In this document: in pieces, positions 11,401-20,153 of the stretch
Layout of the letters: each line of letters opens with the position of its first letter
How positions within the stretch are numbered: position 1 is the stretch's first letter
Source: a virus
Lineage: Duplodnaviria; Heunggongvirae; Uroviricota; Caudoviricetes
DNA length: 64,000 bases
Strand: one strand, 5' to 3'
Virus record (IMG/VR): IMGVR_UViG_2700988907_000001
Notes under the pieces: generated by a model
The model's input: only the letters and a program-made list of their open reading frames with translations
Told to the model about the DNA's origin: nothing
Database searches by the model: none
Position numbers and translations under genes: made by a program

Positions 11401-12659
11401 TTAGTATGGTTAAAGGGGAAATCCCTTCTATGCTTTGGGACGCAATGTGGAAACGTCTAAAAGAAGCTGTAGAATCATTATTCAATGACTGGTTAGACGA
11501 CGCTATGGAAGGCGATGGCGACGGTAAATATATCAAATATCTTGATAATATCACTACGCCATATAGTCCTAATGGACCACCACCAGGCTATGCGTTTAAT
11601 TGGGCGCATCCTGGTATTGACTTACCTTATATATACGAAAAAGTTCAAACACCATTAGAAGGTAAAGTTCAAACTAAAGATACTGGTAATGTTGGATTCG
11701 GTCATCATGTCGTTGTTAAAGCGAAGCCTTATGACGCATATTTCGGTCATATGAGTAAATGGTCAGTTAAGAATGGACAACACGTAAAACCAGGAGATGT
11801 ACTTGGTATATCTGGTAACACAGGTTCAAGTACAGGACCACACTTACACTATGAAATGAACAAGCACGGAATGGGTTCTATGACTGGTCACTCTATCGAC
11901 CCTGTTAAGTGGTTAAAATCACATAACGGAAGTAAAGGTGGACGTGGCGGTGTAAACAAATCTGCTAGTGCTTGGGCTAGTGATATTAGAAGAGCCGCTA
12001 AACAAATGCACACAAGTGTTTCTTCTGGAGATGTTAGTAGAATTGTTAGTCTTATTCAGCACGAATCCGGCGGTAATGCAGGTGTTACACAGTCTAGTGG
12101 ATTAAGAGATATTAACGTATTGCAGGGCAATCCAGCGAAAGGTTTATTACAATTTATTCCACAAACATTTAGACATTATGCTGTTCGTGGTCATCGTAAT
12201 ATTATGAGTGGTTACGACCAATTACTTGCATTCTTTAACAATAAATACTGGAGAAGTCAGTTTAATCCAGGTGGCGGTTGGTCTCCTAGTGGACCAAGAA
12301 GATATGCAAATGGTGGTATGATTAAAAAGCATGGATTATATGAAGCAGGAGAAGGTAATAGACCAGAAATGGTATTACCATTAACTAAGAAAAACCGTTC
12401 TATGCAATTAATCGAACAAGCCAAATCATTCATGGGAATCAAAGATGAACCGGTTTCTGTTGATAGTGGCAATGGTGCTATAGATATTATAGCAAAACTA
12501 TTAGAACAAAACAATAGATTATTAGAAACTATTGTCAATGTAGTAGATAATAAAGAATTAGTTGTTGACGGACAGGCTATTACAAATAGTGTCAGTCAGA
12601 ACTTAGGTAGTAAATATAATCAGTCTAGCTACCATCGTGGCAAGAAACATAAAAGATAA
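5472..12659 (+). CDS. Tail tape measure protein with C-terminal M23 peptidase and lytic transglycosylase domains
   Basis: The RBS (taaggagtgaaaaacacATG) places the start at 5472, whereas the ORF-track start at 5427 is an upstream alternative start. About 2395 aa. The N-terminal half is long and coiled-coil, followed by Ala/Gly-rich transmembrane-like segments and W-rich tandem repeats. The M23 peptidase motif is HPGIDL...GNTGSSTGPHLHYE. The soluble lytic transglycosylase motif is LIQHESGGNAGV...GLLQF. Confidence 0.9.
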   Translation: MPANGKVVGKLVAQLDLQTAGFMKSTTGVNKAIRQIRSNLKTLDKFYKASGDEMNRLNSKYKQSKILMETYKEKLNGLKKELSSLKPNTQAFIKQQSQIRRTEADMKQLEAEMKNYRKQMLYVNSSIDQANAKYKSHKAVLEANRKIAVAQGNAEKKLRYDKKLMAAQIQRNNEVLKGERVILGRIRSTLGITSNEYKEQAAKVKQLKAENVGLTASMKSVNRQMLAYRASQKNMNAGLNRSLNFMKQNKAGLIDVRNSLMGLTAAATGVAYPIARAFGGAIKATVQWEDAQANVAKTTNASKEQMKDYSDSIRSMAKQMPESQAEIANTMAMAAQLGVKNLKGFTKVATQMSVATDMTAEDAATSMARFANATGKPNSDFKKLGSTVVQLGNNMATQESTLMNFAQRLAGTATVVGVSQKDIMALSAAMASVGINAESGGSAMSKVLTKMNNAVKDGGEKLQGFAKVAGMSGQEFAEVWKKDPYQAVQQFEKGLADQNKQGKNVKAMLKDLGITELRETDTVLRLANGHEQLDNARKNANKGYKEGNALSKEAETKYKTLGNQMKIFMNHVRDLGISLGSALAPALIGIMKVLTPLVDALAKAPTPIKAFVAALALIPVIAVPVLGVAAAITGAMGLVGQSMLVAEKAAMSSSRGLRFFVATQKLMFSPIKTTTQMLQNLAASFGRTGKASKVMAAETVASEKAVEASSVGMSRVARNSNTASKSMQGAGVAMASTGKKASFTSKLFGGLKKVIGPLIGMGGLLTAAFEALAAVIGALSAPILAIVAAVAAVGVAFVVAYKKVKWFRDGINGLVYVLKVFAGGIVSSTVNGIKSLGRWFGWLGGIVKDKATSAIKSWWKSLPQDSDIKQQVKAVQSVGNSFKNVMKTLGTATHKATDVSNVLGKGVSKGTKQALNNFVDYSEKSDKILAEIKNNHGRITTEEKNKLLQIQQDTTKDLMSEFEKRAKGQLDIERKVFSQNSGLSEKQEQAILQRTEKRFSKSKQKLTEINKEIQELVNKQARDGKLSGKEMKRLNQLYDEQRKLAVGTLSSTDKEQKRILSRMSANREAYNVKEAQSIVKEAIKARDNAKKENKKRYDQEVDHINSMTDLSKTEKEKMLKDADDRYRKANKKADDNHKKVLDGVKKSNEDIETEMDLSNGKVYSNAEKWWEKTKKGFGNFFGDIGKSFSDMGKSWKKNWDEMISDISSVDWSGMWDGIKNTGSNIGGWFSEKGQEFAKSFKGGWDETVTRLGDLWSKLKGTGSNLGTWFAEKGRQWYTDFKDSWETTKQTAGDLWQGLKNTGTGLGQWFGKKGAQWYNSFKDSWETTKQTAGDLWAGIKNTGAGLGEWFGQKGAQWYNNFKGQWDLTKSTAGDLWNGIKSTSANLGQWFGQKGAQLWNSLKSGWTTAVTTTGNLWGTITGKMAAGWESVKGWFATKGAQMVSAIVQGWNSTVHIVGAAFGTLWGTVKRIWSGMTGTIRYWSGVIWARVKTVFGWIGNKIGGSLGAAWKRTQIIWKGIKGTFTYWTGVIWTRVKTVFNWIKGKIGSALMGAWKSAQRIWKGMKGTFTYWTGAIWNRVKSVFGWIKNRIGSTLNGTWKIVQRVWKGIKGTITYWTGAIWNRIKSIFGAIKNRISSVMNAVWKIMQRIWKGIKGTVTYWTGAILGRVKSIFGSMRNTISKIMNRIKSIMSNIWRSIKRNSIDLMTGMWNRIKSVFNNMVDGVKSFGSSVKKHIGDMVGGVKKGLNGLIKGVNWVGGKLGIDKKIPTLSTGTESTHTQNFVRNGAISTPTLATVNDKGPGNGTGRNGHQELIQRKNGSLFAPQGKDVVVPLNKGDKVINGKTTQKMRKQGLIPKFSRGTDEGDLVRRSMLKDAKKAKRKQKRKHNHNHGIDAGEMMGQGGMGGAAKEAWKYVEDKTKNIGKKTGKTVSSLSNGAQKMLNTSKEALGAAGDWAKKKAGDLMDYVGHPGKLLQKVMSEFGADFSMVKGEIPSMLWDAMWKRLKEAVESLFNDWLDDAMEGDGDGKYIKYLDNITTPYSPNGPPPGYAFNWAHPGIDLPYIYEKVQTPLEGKVQTKDTGNVGFGHHVVVKAKPYDAYFGHMSKWSVKNGQHVKPGDVLGISGNTGSSTGPHLHYEMNKHGMGSMTGHSIDPVKWLKSHNGSKGGRGGVNKSASAWASDIRRAAKQMHTSVSSGDVSRIVSLIQHESGGNAGVTQSSGLRDINVLQGNPAKGLLQFIPQTFRHYAVRGHRNIMSGYDQLLAFFNNKYWRSQFNPGGGWSPSGPRRYANGGMIKKHGLYEAGEGNRPEMVLPLTKKNRSMQLIEQAKSFMGIKDEPVSVDSGNGAIDIIAKLLEQNNRLLETIVNVVDNKELVVDGQAITNSVSQNLGSKYNQSSYHRGKKHKR
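9100..9720 (+). repeat. Tandem ~93-nt (31-aa) W-rich repeats within tape measure gene
   Basis: At least 6 units of W.GIKNTG.NLG.WF..KGAQWYN.FKDSWETTKQTAGDLW. Adjacent nucleotide copies are near-identical, for example around 9357-9560. Confidence 0.8.
9880..10500 (+). repeat. Second tandem repeat family (~120 nt / 40 aa) within tape measure gene
   Basis: About 5 units of GTFTYWTGAIWNRVKSVFGWIKNRIGS.LNG.WK..QRIWKGIK. Confidence 0.8.
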
Positions 12660-12672
12660 GGAGATGTAATTA

Positions 12673-13509
12673 ATGGCAGGAGATAGATGGGTAAAGGTAA
12701 TTAAGCCTAATAAAAGTGATATTTTATTAACAGACATTCCAGGTCTCCATTTTCTGGAATGGAATATCCCATCTCCTGTTACTAATTCACAAGAACTAGA
12801 ATTAACAGGCATTGACGGTGTTCTTCCTAGTAGGAACACCTACGGTGCTTTTGATTTAGAATTGTTATTTTATTTTGCTGGAACAGATTCTAAAGATTTG
12901 AATTTATTCTCTCAAAGAATGAAAAGTCTAGTAAATGAGAGAGACCCTTTTTATATAGTTCATTCTGATATGCCTAGATTTAAATATGCTGTAAATTCAG
13001 CTGAAATAGAATATGATAAAATAACAGTAGCAGATATGAATTTCACAATTAAATTTCATTGCTATAAAGGATATGCAGAATCTTTGTACAGTACAAAACA
13101 TTATAGTCTATCAGATGATAATTGGCAATTCCAAAGTGGATTAGTAACTGATGAGGAGATTAAATATACTTTCCATTCAAATGGATTTAAAGTCTTTAAT
13201 GGTGGAGACGATGAAATTAACCCACTATATAGACATAATTTAAAAATATATATCAATGTAGATGCCCCAAACGGTTTTACTATTAGAAATAAAACAAACG
13301 GGACCTCTTTAACTTATAAAGGAAGTATTAAAAAGAATAGAACTTTTGTTATAAATGGAATTTATTCTATTATAGATAATAAAAGAGTTGGAAAAGATAC
13401 TGATTACGGTATTATTACTTTAGAACAAGGATATAATGATATTGAAATAGATGGAACTTCAATAGGTTCAGCAAAATGTAGATTTGATTTTAACTTTATT
13501 TATAGATAA
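12673..13509 (+). CDS. Distal tail protein (Dit, Sipho_tail family)
   Basis: 278 aa immediately after the tape measure gene. The sequence resembles siphovirus Dit, and the position is conserved. Confidence 0.7.
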   Translation: MAGDRWVKVIKPNKSDILLTDIPGLHFLEWNIPSPVTNSQELELTGIDGVLPSRNTYGAFDLELLFYFAGTDSKDLNLFSQRMKSLVNERDPFYIVHSDMPRFKYAVNSAEIEYDKITVADMNFTIKFHCYKGYAESLYSTKHYSLSDDNWQFQSGLVTDEEIKYTFHSNGFKVFNGGDDEINPLYRHNLKIYINVDAPNGFTIRNKTNGTSLTYKGSIKKNRTFVINGIYSIIDNKRVGKDTDYGIITLEQGYNDIEIDGTSIGSAKCRFDFNFIYR

Positions 13510-13522
13510 GGGAGGTAGAAGA

Positions 13523-15079
13523 ATGCACGAAGAAATTTTAATTATAGAAGATGAAAACAAAAACGTATCAGAACCGTTTATTGATTATTTATATGAATCT
13601 TTTAACTATGAACATGAAGAAAACGGTGCTCGTTCTATCTCTTTTACTGCCTATAAAACAGATGAAAACCAAGATGTTTATTATTATTTGGTTAATGATA
13701 ATTATATAATATATGCAGGACAATATTTTGTTATTAAAAATGTTGCTATAAAATCAGACAATACAAGTATACAAGCTGACATAACCGCTGAACACATAAT
13801 GTTTGAATTGCAAAATCATTATATAGAAAAGGAAAATGAAGAAGATGTAACAGTTGAAGTTAGTGATGATACTGAATCTGAAACTGAAAAAGTAATAACA
13901 ATGACAGCAAAAGAATATATAGAAAATGGTTTAAAAGATAATAAATTAGGATATACTTTTGAATTTATTGGTAAACATGATGTTAAGAAAAAAGTTGATT
14001 CTCTTGGAGAAAAGAATGGTATGGAATATTTAACTTCTGGAGCTGAAACATTTGGTTATATTTATTTTGCTGATAATAAAAATATAAAAATATATGACCA
14101 AAAATCATACGGAACAGCAAGTGACACTGTTATTAGATATAAGTATAATACGTCTAATATGGAGCTTACTATGAACTCTGCGGATGTTAAAACAGCAATT
14201 AAAGGATATGGTAAAAAAATATCTGATAAGGAATTAAAAAATTATAATGATAAAAAAACTAAAGACATGGAATTAAATGGTAATTTTATAAAAGATGGAA
14301 CATGGAGAACAGAAAATATAGGAGATAGTTATTCATACACACTGGATTGTAAGTGGGGAGATGAAACATTAATTTGGACACTTAAAAAAATGTCTAAAGG
14401 CGGAACACTAGATGTTTATCTTGATAACAAGAAAATAGGTAGTTATGATTGTTATAGTGAGAATGCTAAAACAGAAAAGAAAACACTTTCTAAAAACCTT
14501 TCAAAAGGTAAACATACTTTTAAAGCAGTATTTACTGGAAAGAAAAATGGTGTCGATTATAAAAAATCAAAACCTTGTATGTATATTGGAACTGAAAAAT
14601 CTGTTGTTCTTAAAACAGAAAGCAAAAGAACACCAGAGAAAACTTACCATGTTGTATCTGAATATCGTTCTCCTAACTTTAATCCTAAATTGCCAAAATA
14701 TGCACCTTCTGTTTATTCAGAAGATATAGTTGACAAAAAAGAGTTGGACAAAGAATTAAAAGAAACATTACAAGATAAACCGGTTATTGAATTATCTGTT
14801 ACTTATAATGGTCTTGAAAAATTTCAAGAAGACAGTATTATAAGATTTATACATGAGCCTACTGGAATTAGCGATGATTTAAGAGTTGTTAGTTTTAAAA
14901 AGTCTTTAGACTTAATGAACCAACCATTAGAGATTGGTTTTAGTAATGCTAAGACAGATATTATAAAAATACAACAACAAATTGATAATAATATTAAACT
15001 TGCAACAACACCATTAGGATATGGTAATTCAGCACCGATTTATTCTTCGGTTATAGGGAGTGTATTAGTAGATGAGTAG
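13523..15079 (+). CDS. Tail-associated lysin / tail endopeptidase (Tal-like)
   Basis: The RBS aagggaggtagaagaATG puts the start at 13523, not the ORF-track 13484. The N-terminal region is typical of the prophage-endopeptidase-tail family and follows Dit. Confidence 0.6.
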   Translation: MHEEILIIEDENKNVSEPFIDYLYESFNYEHEENGARSISFTAYKTDENQDVYYYLVNDNYIIYAGQYFVIKNVAIKSDNTSIQADITAEHIMFELQNHYIEKENEEDVTVEVSDDTESETEKVITMTAKEYIENGLKDNKLGYTFEFIGKHDVKKKVDSLGEKNGMEYLTSGAETFGYIYFADNKNIKIYDQKSYGTASDTVIRYKYNTSNMELTMNSADVKTAIKGYGKKISDKELKNYNDKKTKDMELNGNFIKDGTWRTENIGDSYSYTLDCKWGDETLIWTLKKMSKGGTLDVYLDNKKIGSYDCYSENAKTEKKTLSKNLSKGKHTFKAVFTGKKNGVDYKKSKPCMYIGTEKSVVLKTESKRTPEKTYHVVSEYRSPNFNPKLPKYAPSVYSEDIVDKKELDKELKETLQDKPVIELSVTYNGLEKFQEDSIIRFIHEPTGISDDLRVVSFKKSLDLMNQPLEIGFSNAKTDIIKIQQQIDNNIKLATTPLGYGNSAPIYSSVIGSVLVDE

Positions 15080-15701
15080 ATATATTGATATAAGGAACTT
15101 ACAAGATAGTAAAGGTAATGTATATTATCCACAGACGCATGCAGAAGCAGTAGAAGGTCTTGATGTGAATGATATTGAAAACTCTATTACTGAACTTGAA
15201 GGCAGTGTAAACACCATAAATGAAACTTTATCGCAAAAAGCAGATGATACTCAGCAACAAGACGCAATGAATCAGCAACAAGAAAAAATAGATGGTTTAG
15301 ATAAAAACATTCAATTCTTAAATTCTGCATTATCAGATGTAGTAGGAGACACTGGTTGGAAAGATTATCAAGTAGCAAAGGGATTCGATAAGAATGGTGG
15401 CTTAAAAAGTGGTTTTGAATGTGGAATTAGAGAGATAAGAATTGGAAATAAACAATCTCCAATAGTAAGAATACGGACAATAAGAGTGAATATAGGGCTT
15501 GTGCCTCATAATCTGTCTGTAGCAAGACTTCCTATAGGTTTTGTTGATGAAGTTATTAGATTTGTACCAGGTGTTAGTAGTGGACATACTCCACCTGTAA
15601 TTGGTATTGACCCAGACGGAACCATGAAAGTATATTTCCCACCAGAGGACAGAGACGGAAATCAATGGATTTATGGACAATATACATGGATTGTAAATTA
15701 A
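15072..15701 (+). CDS. Hypothetical tail/baseplate protein
   Basis: 209 aa, overlapping the Tal stop. Its coiled-coil N-terminus suggests a trimeric fibre stem. Confidence 0.35.
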   Translation: MSRYIDIRNLQDSKGNVYYPQTHAEAVEGLDVNDIENSITELEGSVNTINETLSQKADDTQQQDAMNQQQEKIDGLDKNIQFLNSALSDVVGDTGWKDYQVAKGFDKNGGLKSGFECGIREIRIGNKQSPIVRIRTIRVNIGLVPHNLSVARLPIGFVDEVIRFVPGVSSGHTPPVIGIDPDGTMKVYFPPEDRDGNQWIYGQYTWIVN

Positions 15702-15713
15702 GAAAGGTGGTAA

Positions 15714-18392
15714 ATGATTTTGAGATTATTTTTAGATTTCCCTGTTGAATTAGGGCAAGAATTTAGATATAAAACAGTAGAAAATTTTAAAAGAATTGTT
15801 AATGCTCATGGGCGCTTAGTTGATGATTTAGAATACCATAGAAAAGAAGAGAAACACGCACATGATGCTAAACAAATTGATTACACAACAAATTATTCAA
15901 GAAGTGTTAGTGATGCATTAGATAAACAGAACAATAGAATCAATAATCTAGTAGTCGGTGCAAATGGAGATGCTATGGCAGAGGTTAAAGATAGCCGAGT
16001 TGCATTAGACGGAACAATAAGTGAATTACTTTCACAAAGACTAGATTATGATTTTGGTAAATTGAATAAAAAAATTGATGATAATTTTAAGTATCTTAAC
16101 AACAAAATTGAACGTATTGTTAATGTTAACGATTATGGTGCTGACCCTACAGGTCAAAAAGATTCAACATTAGCATTCCAAAAAGCATTTGGAGAAGGTC
16201 ATAGACATGTTCATATGACAGAAGGTACTTATATTATATCTGGTGTTAAAATGCCTAACTATACGATTTTAAGTGGGGAAGGTAAAGGAATAACATATTT
16301 AAGGATTGCAGATGATGCGCCAGCTGAAACAATTGGTATAACTAACTTAAATATGGATGGAACAGCTGAATATATTGGTGTTGATAATTTCACAATTGAC
16401 GGAAATAGAACAAGACAAGGGAATACGTTATCTCCAGCTGGTGGTTCACGTTCAAGTAACATTAGATTTGCTGGTGTTAAGCATGGCTTTGCATATTCTG
16501 TAGAATCATTTAGTAGTTTATTACATGGTATTGATATAACGTACGCTAGTGATGATTATTTTTATCAAGGAGACGGAATCAGAGTAAAAGAAGCATTAGA
16601 AAGTAAATATATTCATATACAAGAATGTGAAACTTATGATTTCGGAGACGATGGTATTACTACTCATCATAGTAGATACTTAATTCTACAAAACAACTAT
16701 TCACACGACCCAGTAAAAGATAGTGGGAACCATAACGGTATTGAAGTAGACGATGGTTCACAACATGTGTTTGTTATGGGGAATAAAACAGAAAAATGTT
16801 TTGGCGGTTTAGAGATTAAAGCGCATGAATCTACAAGCGCAGCAAGTGATGTTGTTGTAAGTGACCATCTTGATATTAAAAGTATTCGTTCTTATAATAT
16901 TCGTCATATAGGACATCATAGAGCCGGAGATGTACAATCTAAAACAGCTTATAATATTATGTTGAATAACTGTACTTCATTATATCCTCAATACAATGGT
17001 TCATATGAGAACACAACACCAAGAGCAATGGTTATTTGTGCTTACAGAAATGTAGTTGTTAATAACTTTACAGCTATTGGCGATGGCAACTTTATGGCAA
17101 ATATGCCAGTTATTGCTGTTCAATTCAGAGCAGAAAACGTTATGCTTAACAATATTAATGTAAGTGGTTTCAAAAATTCATTAGCTGATGTTAAAGTATT
17201 TGGTGGAGCAAATAGACCTAAAAAAGTATCATTATCTAATATCAATATTGTTAATTCATCTAACAATAGAGGTATTGCAGGTGGTGGAAAAATTTATGAT
17301 TTAAGAATTATAAATGCTAACTTGCAAGGTAATGGTACAGGAAATGGTGTTGAATTATATAATAACACAGCTGAAATTGTTGGAGTAAGTGCTGAGAATT
17401 ATAAGAGACCAGCGATGATTGCTGGTAAAGAATACTTTTATATGCCAACGAGTCTTAAAGGAGGGTTCAGTGGGGGGAGCACAGGTGGTGCAGCTATTGC
17501 TGAAAGAAGTGCTGTTATTGCCTCTACTGGTGGTTCCTTTGCTCATAGTAACCGTTCTTTTGTTATAGGCTCTGGTGCTGGTAGTATTGCTAATGGTTCA
17601 CGTTCTGGTGTTATTAGTTCATTGTCATCTGTTATTGAGCCAGGCGGACATACTAGAATGATTATTAATAGTAAAAACATGAAAAACAGTGAAAACTATC
17701 ACATTAAAGCTGGTTATGGAGCTGACGGTCCACCAAGTGAATCAAATACTAAACTTGATATTAGTACATTTACTGGTACAATCAAGACAGCAGGACAAGT
17801 TCAATCTGGACAAAACTTTGGGGACTATGCCGAGTATTTTGAATCACAAAGTGGTATGGCAATTCCTACTGGTAATATAGTTACACTTGATGGCAGATTT
17901 ATAAGAAAAGCACAAGTCAATGATATTCCAATCGGTGTTATATCTGAGACAGCAGGAGTTATTTTAGGGGACCAAATGTTCCATCACAAAGATAAATATC
18001 TTAAAAATGAGTTTGGCGGAGTCATTACTGAAAGCGTCAAAAAAGAATGGCAAGATGATGCTGGTAATTGGTATTCAGATACAGTAGAAATGCCAGTTAA
18101 AAATCCAGATTTTGACGAACGAGACGAAGAAGAATATCTATCTCGTGCTGAACGACCAGAATGGAACGTTGTAGGTCTTATAGGTCAAGTATATATTAGA
18201 ATAGATGGTACTGTCAAAGAAAATGATTATATTAAGCCAGTAAACGGTGTCGGAACTAAAGATAATATTAATGGTTATTATAGAGTTGAACAAATTACTA
18301 CCCCATATGATAACGATAAAGGTTATGGTGTGGCAATTGCATTTATCCACCCTATTACACCAAGCATAATTAATAAAGGAAGTGTTAAATAA
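15714..18392 (+). CDS. Tail fibre / tailspike with pectin-lyase-fold (beta-helix) depolymerase-like domain
   Basis: 892 aa. The motif VNVNDYGADPTGQKDSTLAFQKAF is the hallmark N-cap of pectate-lyase/right-handed beta-helix glycosidases, and a long Gly/Asn-rich repeat region follows. The C-terminal region is possibly an intramolecular chaperone. Confidence 0.6.
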   Translation: MILRLFLDFPVELGQEFRYKTVENFKRIVNAHGRLVDDLEYHRKEEKHAHDAKQIDYTTNYSRSVSDALDKQNNRINNLVVGANGDAMAEVKDSRVALDGTISELLSQRLDYDFGKLNKKIDDNFKYLNNKIERIVNVNDYGADPTGQKDSTLAFQKAFGEGHRHVHMTEGTYIISGVKMPNYTILSGEGKGITYLRIADDAPAETIGITNLNMDGTAEYIGVDNFTIDGNRTRQGNTLSPAGGSRSSNIRFAGVKHGFAYSVESFSSLLHGIDITYASDDYFYQGDGIRVKEALESKYIHIQECETYDFGDDGITTHHSRYLILQNNYSHDPVKDSGNHNGIEVDDGSQHVFVMGNKTEKCFGGLEIKAHESTSAASDVVVSDHLDIKSIRSYNIRHIGHHRAGDVQSKTAYNIMLNNCTSLYPQYNGSYENTTPRAMVICAYRNVVVNNFTAIGDGNFMANMPVIAVQFRAENVMLNNINVSGFKNSLADVKVFGGANRPKKVSLSNINIVNSSNNRGIAGGGKIYDLRIINANLQGNGTGNGVELYNNTAEIVGVSAENYKRPAMIAGKEYFYMPTSLKGGFSGGSTGGAAIAERSAVIASTGGSFAHSNRSFVIGSGAGSIANGSRSGVISSLSSVIEPGGHTRMIINSKNMKNSENYHIKAGYGADGPPSESNTKLDISTFTGTIKTAGQVQSGQNFGDYAEYFESQSGMAIPTGNIVTLDGRFIRKAQVNDIPIGVISETAGVILGDQMFHHKDKYLKNEFGGVITESVKKEWQDDAGNWYSDTVEMPVKNPDFDERDEEEYLSRAERPEWNVVGLIGQVYIRIDGTVKENDYIKPVNGVGTKDNINGYYRVEQITTPYDNDKGYGVAIAFIHPITPSIINKGSVK

Positions 18393-20140
18393 TGGCATCA
18401 GAAGAAATTAAAAAGACCGCTGTCATTAACATGTATGATTCTCCTTACGTTAAGGCTCCCCACGATTCTGGGGTAGTCTTTTATAATTTAGATATAGCTA
18501 CTGCTGTATTGGAGTTTCATATTAAAAAAGACAATTTTCCACTACAAATAAGTGATAAGAACGTAGACACTTATGTTTATTTAAAAGGAACTGATAGAAA
18601 CGGTAATCCTTATGGTAGACAATTAGATGTTGAATATATTGACCCATTTAATGGTATTGTATCTTTAACAGTTCCAAATGATTATCTACAAACTGTTAAT
18701 AATTCAACTGTAACAGGTCAAATGTATATTAGTTTGCATAGAGATAACAGAGTACCAGAAACAAAATCTGACACAGCAGTATTAAATGAATTTAAATTCA
18801 AAGTAAGGGATTCTCTTATTAACAGCATATCTGGTGTAACTAAGATTGAATATATAAGAATGTTTGATAAGTTAAGAGATGAAATCCAAAAAAGAATTAG
18901 TGACATTGAAGAAGCTATAGCAAATGGCGAAGATTATGTTGCAGAAATGAAAACAGTTTTATCAGACGGAACAAAACTTATAAAAGACACAGCAGATAAA
19001 GCAGTAGACACTGTTAATACCACTTCAGACAATGCTATTAACACAGTAAACACTACTAAAGATTCAGCAGTTAACACAATAACTAGTGCTCGTGATGAAG
19101 TGTTAAACGCTATTAACGATAATGAAGTAGTAAGAAAAACTGAAATGTCTGGGTACTTTGATGAACAAGATTGGCAAAAATATAAATTAACTAACGATGA
19201 TGGTACTAGTTTTTATGATAGTGATATGCGTATAGACTTTGATAACAACGAACAATTAGACAGTTTACATTGTGATACTAGATATGTTATTAATTCAAAA
19301 GGGTTACCTAGTAATATACCCTCAAATTCTGGCTGGCTAACTAAATATTCTAGACAGGACGGAAACTCTACACTATTAATATTTAAACCTTATAATTCAT
19401 CATATCTATATACTAAAGAGAAGTTTTATAATACTTGGGGAGATTGGAAAATATTAAACCCAAACTATGAAAAAGATTTAAACTGGCAAAAATATAAGTT
19501 TACTGAAGATGATGGAACAATAAAGTATATATCAAAAGGGTCTATAACAGATGTAAAAACTTTACCGCCAGGTTTTTACGAAACTGTATCTAACGATGAT
19601 GCATCAAGTCAAGATATACCTTTAGATAACAGTTATGTACAAATAAAAGTATGGGAAGCTAACGAAGGACGAAAAGAGATAGAGCTTACTTCTACTTATA
19701 ATAACAAAAAATACTTTAGACTGCTCCATACAAACGGCGATAGAGATTCGGGCTGGATAGAAGTAGGTCCTACACAAGAAGACACAGGTTGGATTCCATT
19801 CCAACTATTAAACGGCGCTCAATCAAATACTGAATATAGCGATAGTTTAGGGAATGGTTTTAAATGTTCTTATAGAACTGTTGTTAACGGTAGTCTTGTT
19901 ACGAACTATTTAAGAATAAATGGTAGAAATATACAAACTGATACTGTTATTGCAAAAATACCAGAAAAAATGGTAAAACATGATCAAACATTTATACCTA
20001 GAACGCCTACAAATAGACCTATGGGATATATTATATTATATACTAATGGAGAAGTTAAGTTTTTTGTAAACGGTGGTACTGGGACAGCTTCTTGGGACAG
20101 TAGTGCATATATGTATGGAGAGTTTAGTTGGACTAATTAA
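18392..20140 (+). CDS. Tail fibre / receptor-binding protein
   Basis: 582 aa, translationally coupled to the previous gene (TAATG). The internal direct repeat D.QKYK.T.DDGT..Y occurs twice, and the C-terminus is beta-rich. Confidence 0.5.
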   Translation: MASEEIKKTAVINMYDSPYVKAPHDSGVVFYNLDIATAVLEFHIKKDNFPLQISDKNVDTYVYLKGTDRNGNPYGRQLDVEYIDPFNGIVSLTVPNDYLQTVNNSTVTGQMYISLHRDNRVPETKSDTAVLNEFKFKVRDSLINSISGVTKIEYIRMFDKLRDEIQKRISDIEEAIANGEDYVAEMKTVLSDGTKLIKDTADKAVDTVNTTSDNAINTVNTTKDSAVNTITSARDEVLNAINDNEVVRKTEMSGYFDEQDWQKYKLTNDDGTSFYDSDMRIDFDNNEQLDSLHCDTRYVINSKGLPSNIPSNSGWLTKYSRQDGNSTLLIFKPYNSSYLYTKEKFYNTWGDWKILNPNYEKDLNWQKYKFTEDDGTIKYISKGSITDVKTLPPGFYETVSNDDASSQDIPLDNSYVQIKVWEANEGRKEIELTSTYNNKKYFRLLHTNGDRDSGWIEVGPTQEDTGWIPFQLLNGAQSNTEYSDSLGNGFKCSYRTVVNGSLVTNYLRINGRNIQTDTVIAKIPEKMVKHDQTFIPRTPTNRPMGYIILYTNGEVKFFVNGGTGTASWDSSAYMYGEFSWTN

Positions 20141-20153
20141 GGAGGGTTATATA

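Noticed and set aside
8696-12538. Further minus-strand ORFs overlapping the tape measure gene (8696-9217, 9806-10036, 10433-10849, 11053-11262, 11342-11554, 12257-12538)
   Set aside because: Same reasoning: shadow ORFs of a long, repetitive coding region.
14445-14729. ORF 14445-14729 (plus strand, alternative frame within Tal)
   Set aside because: Lies inside the Tal coding region. It is a K/L-rich frame-shifted translation with no independent support.
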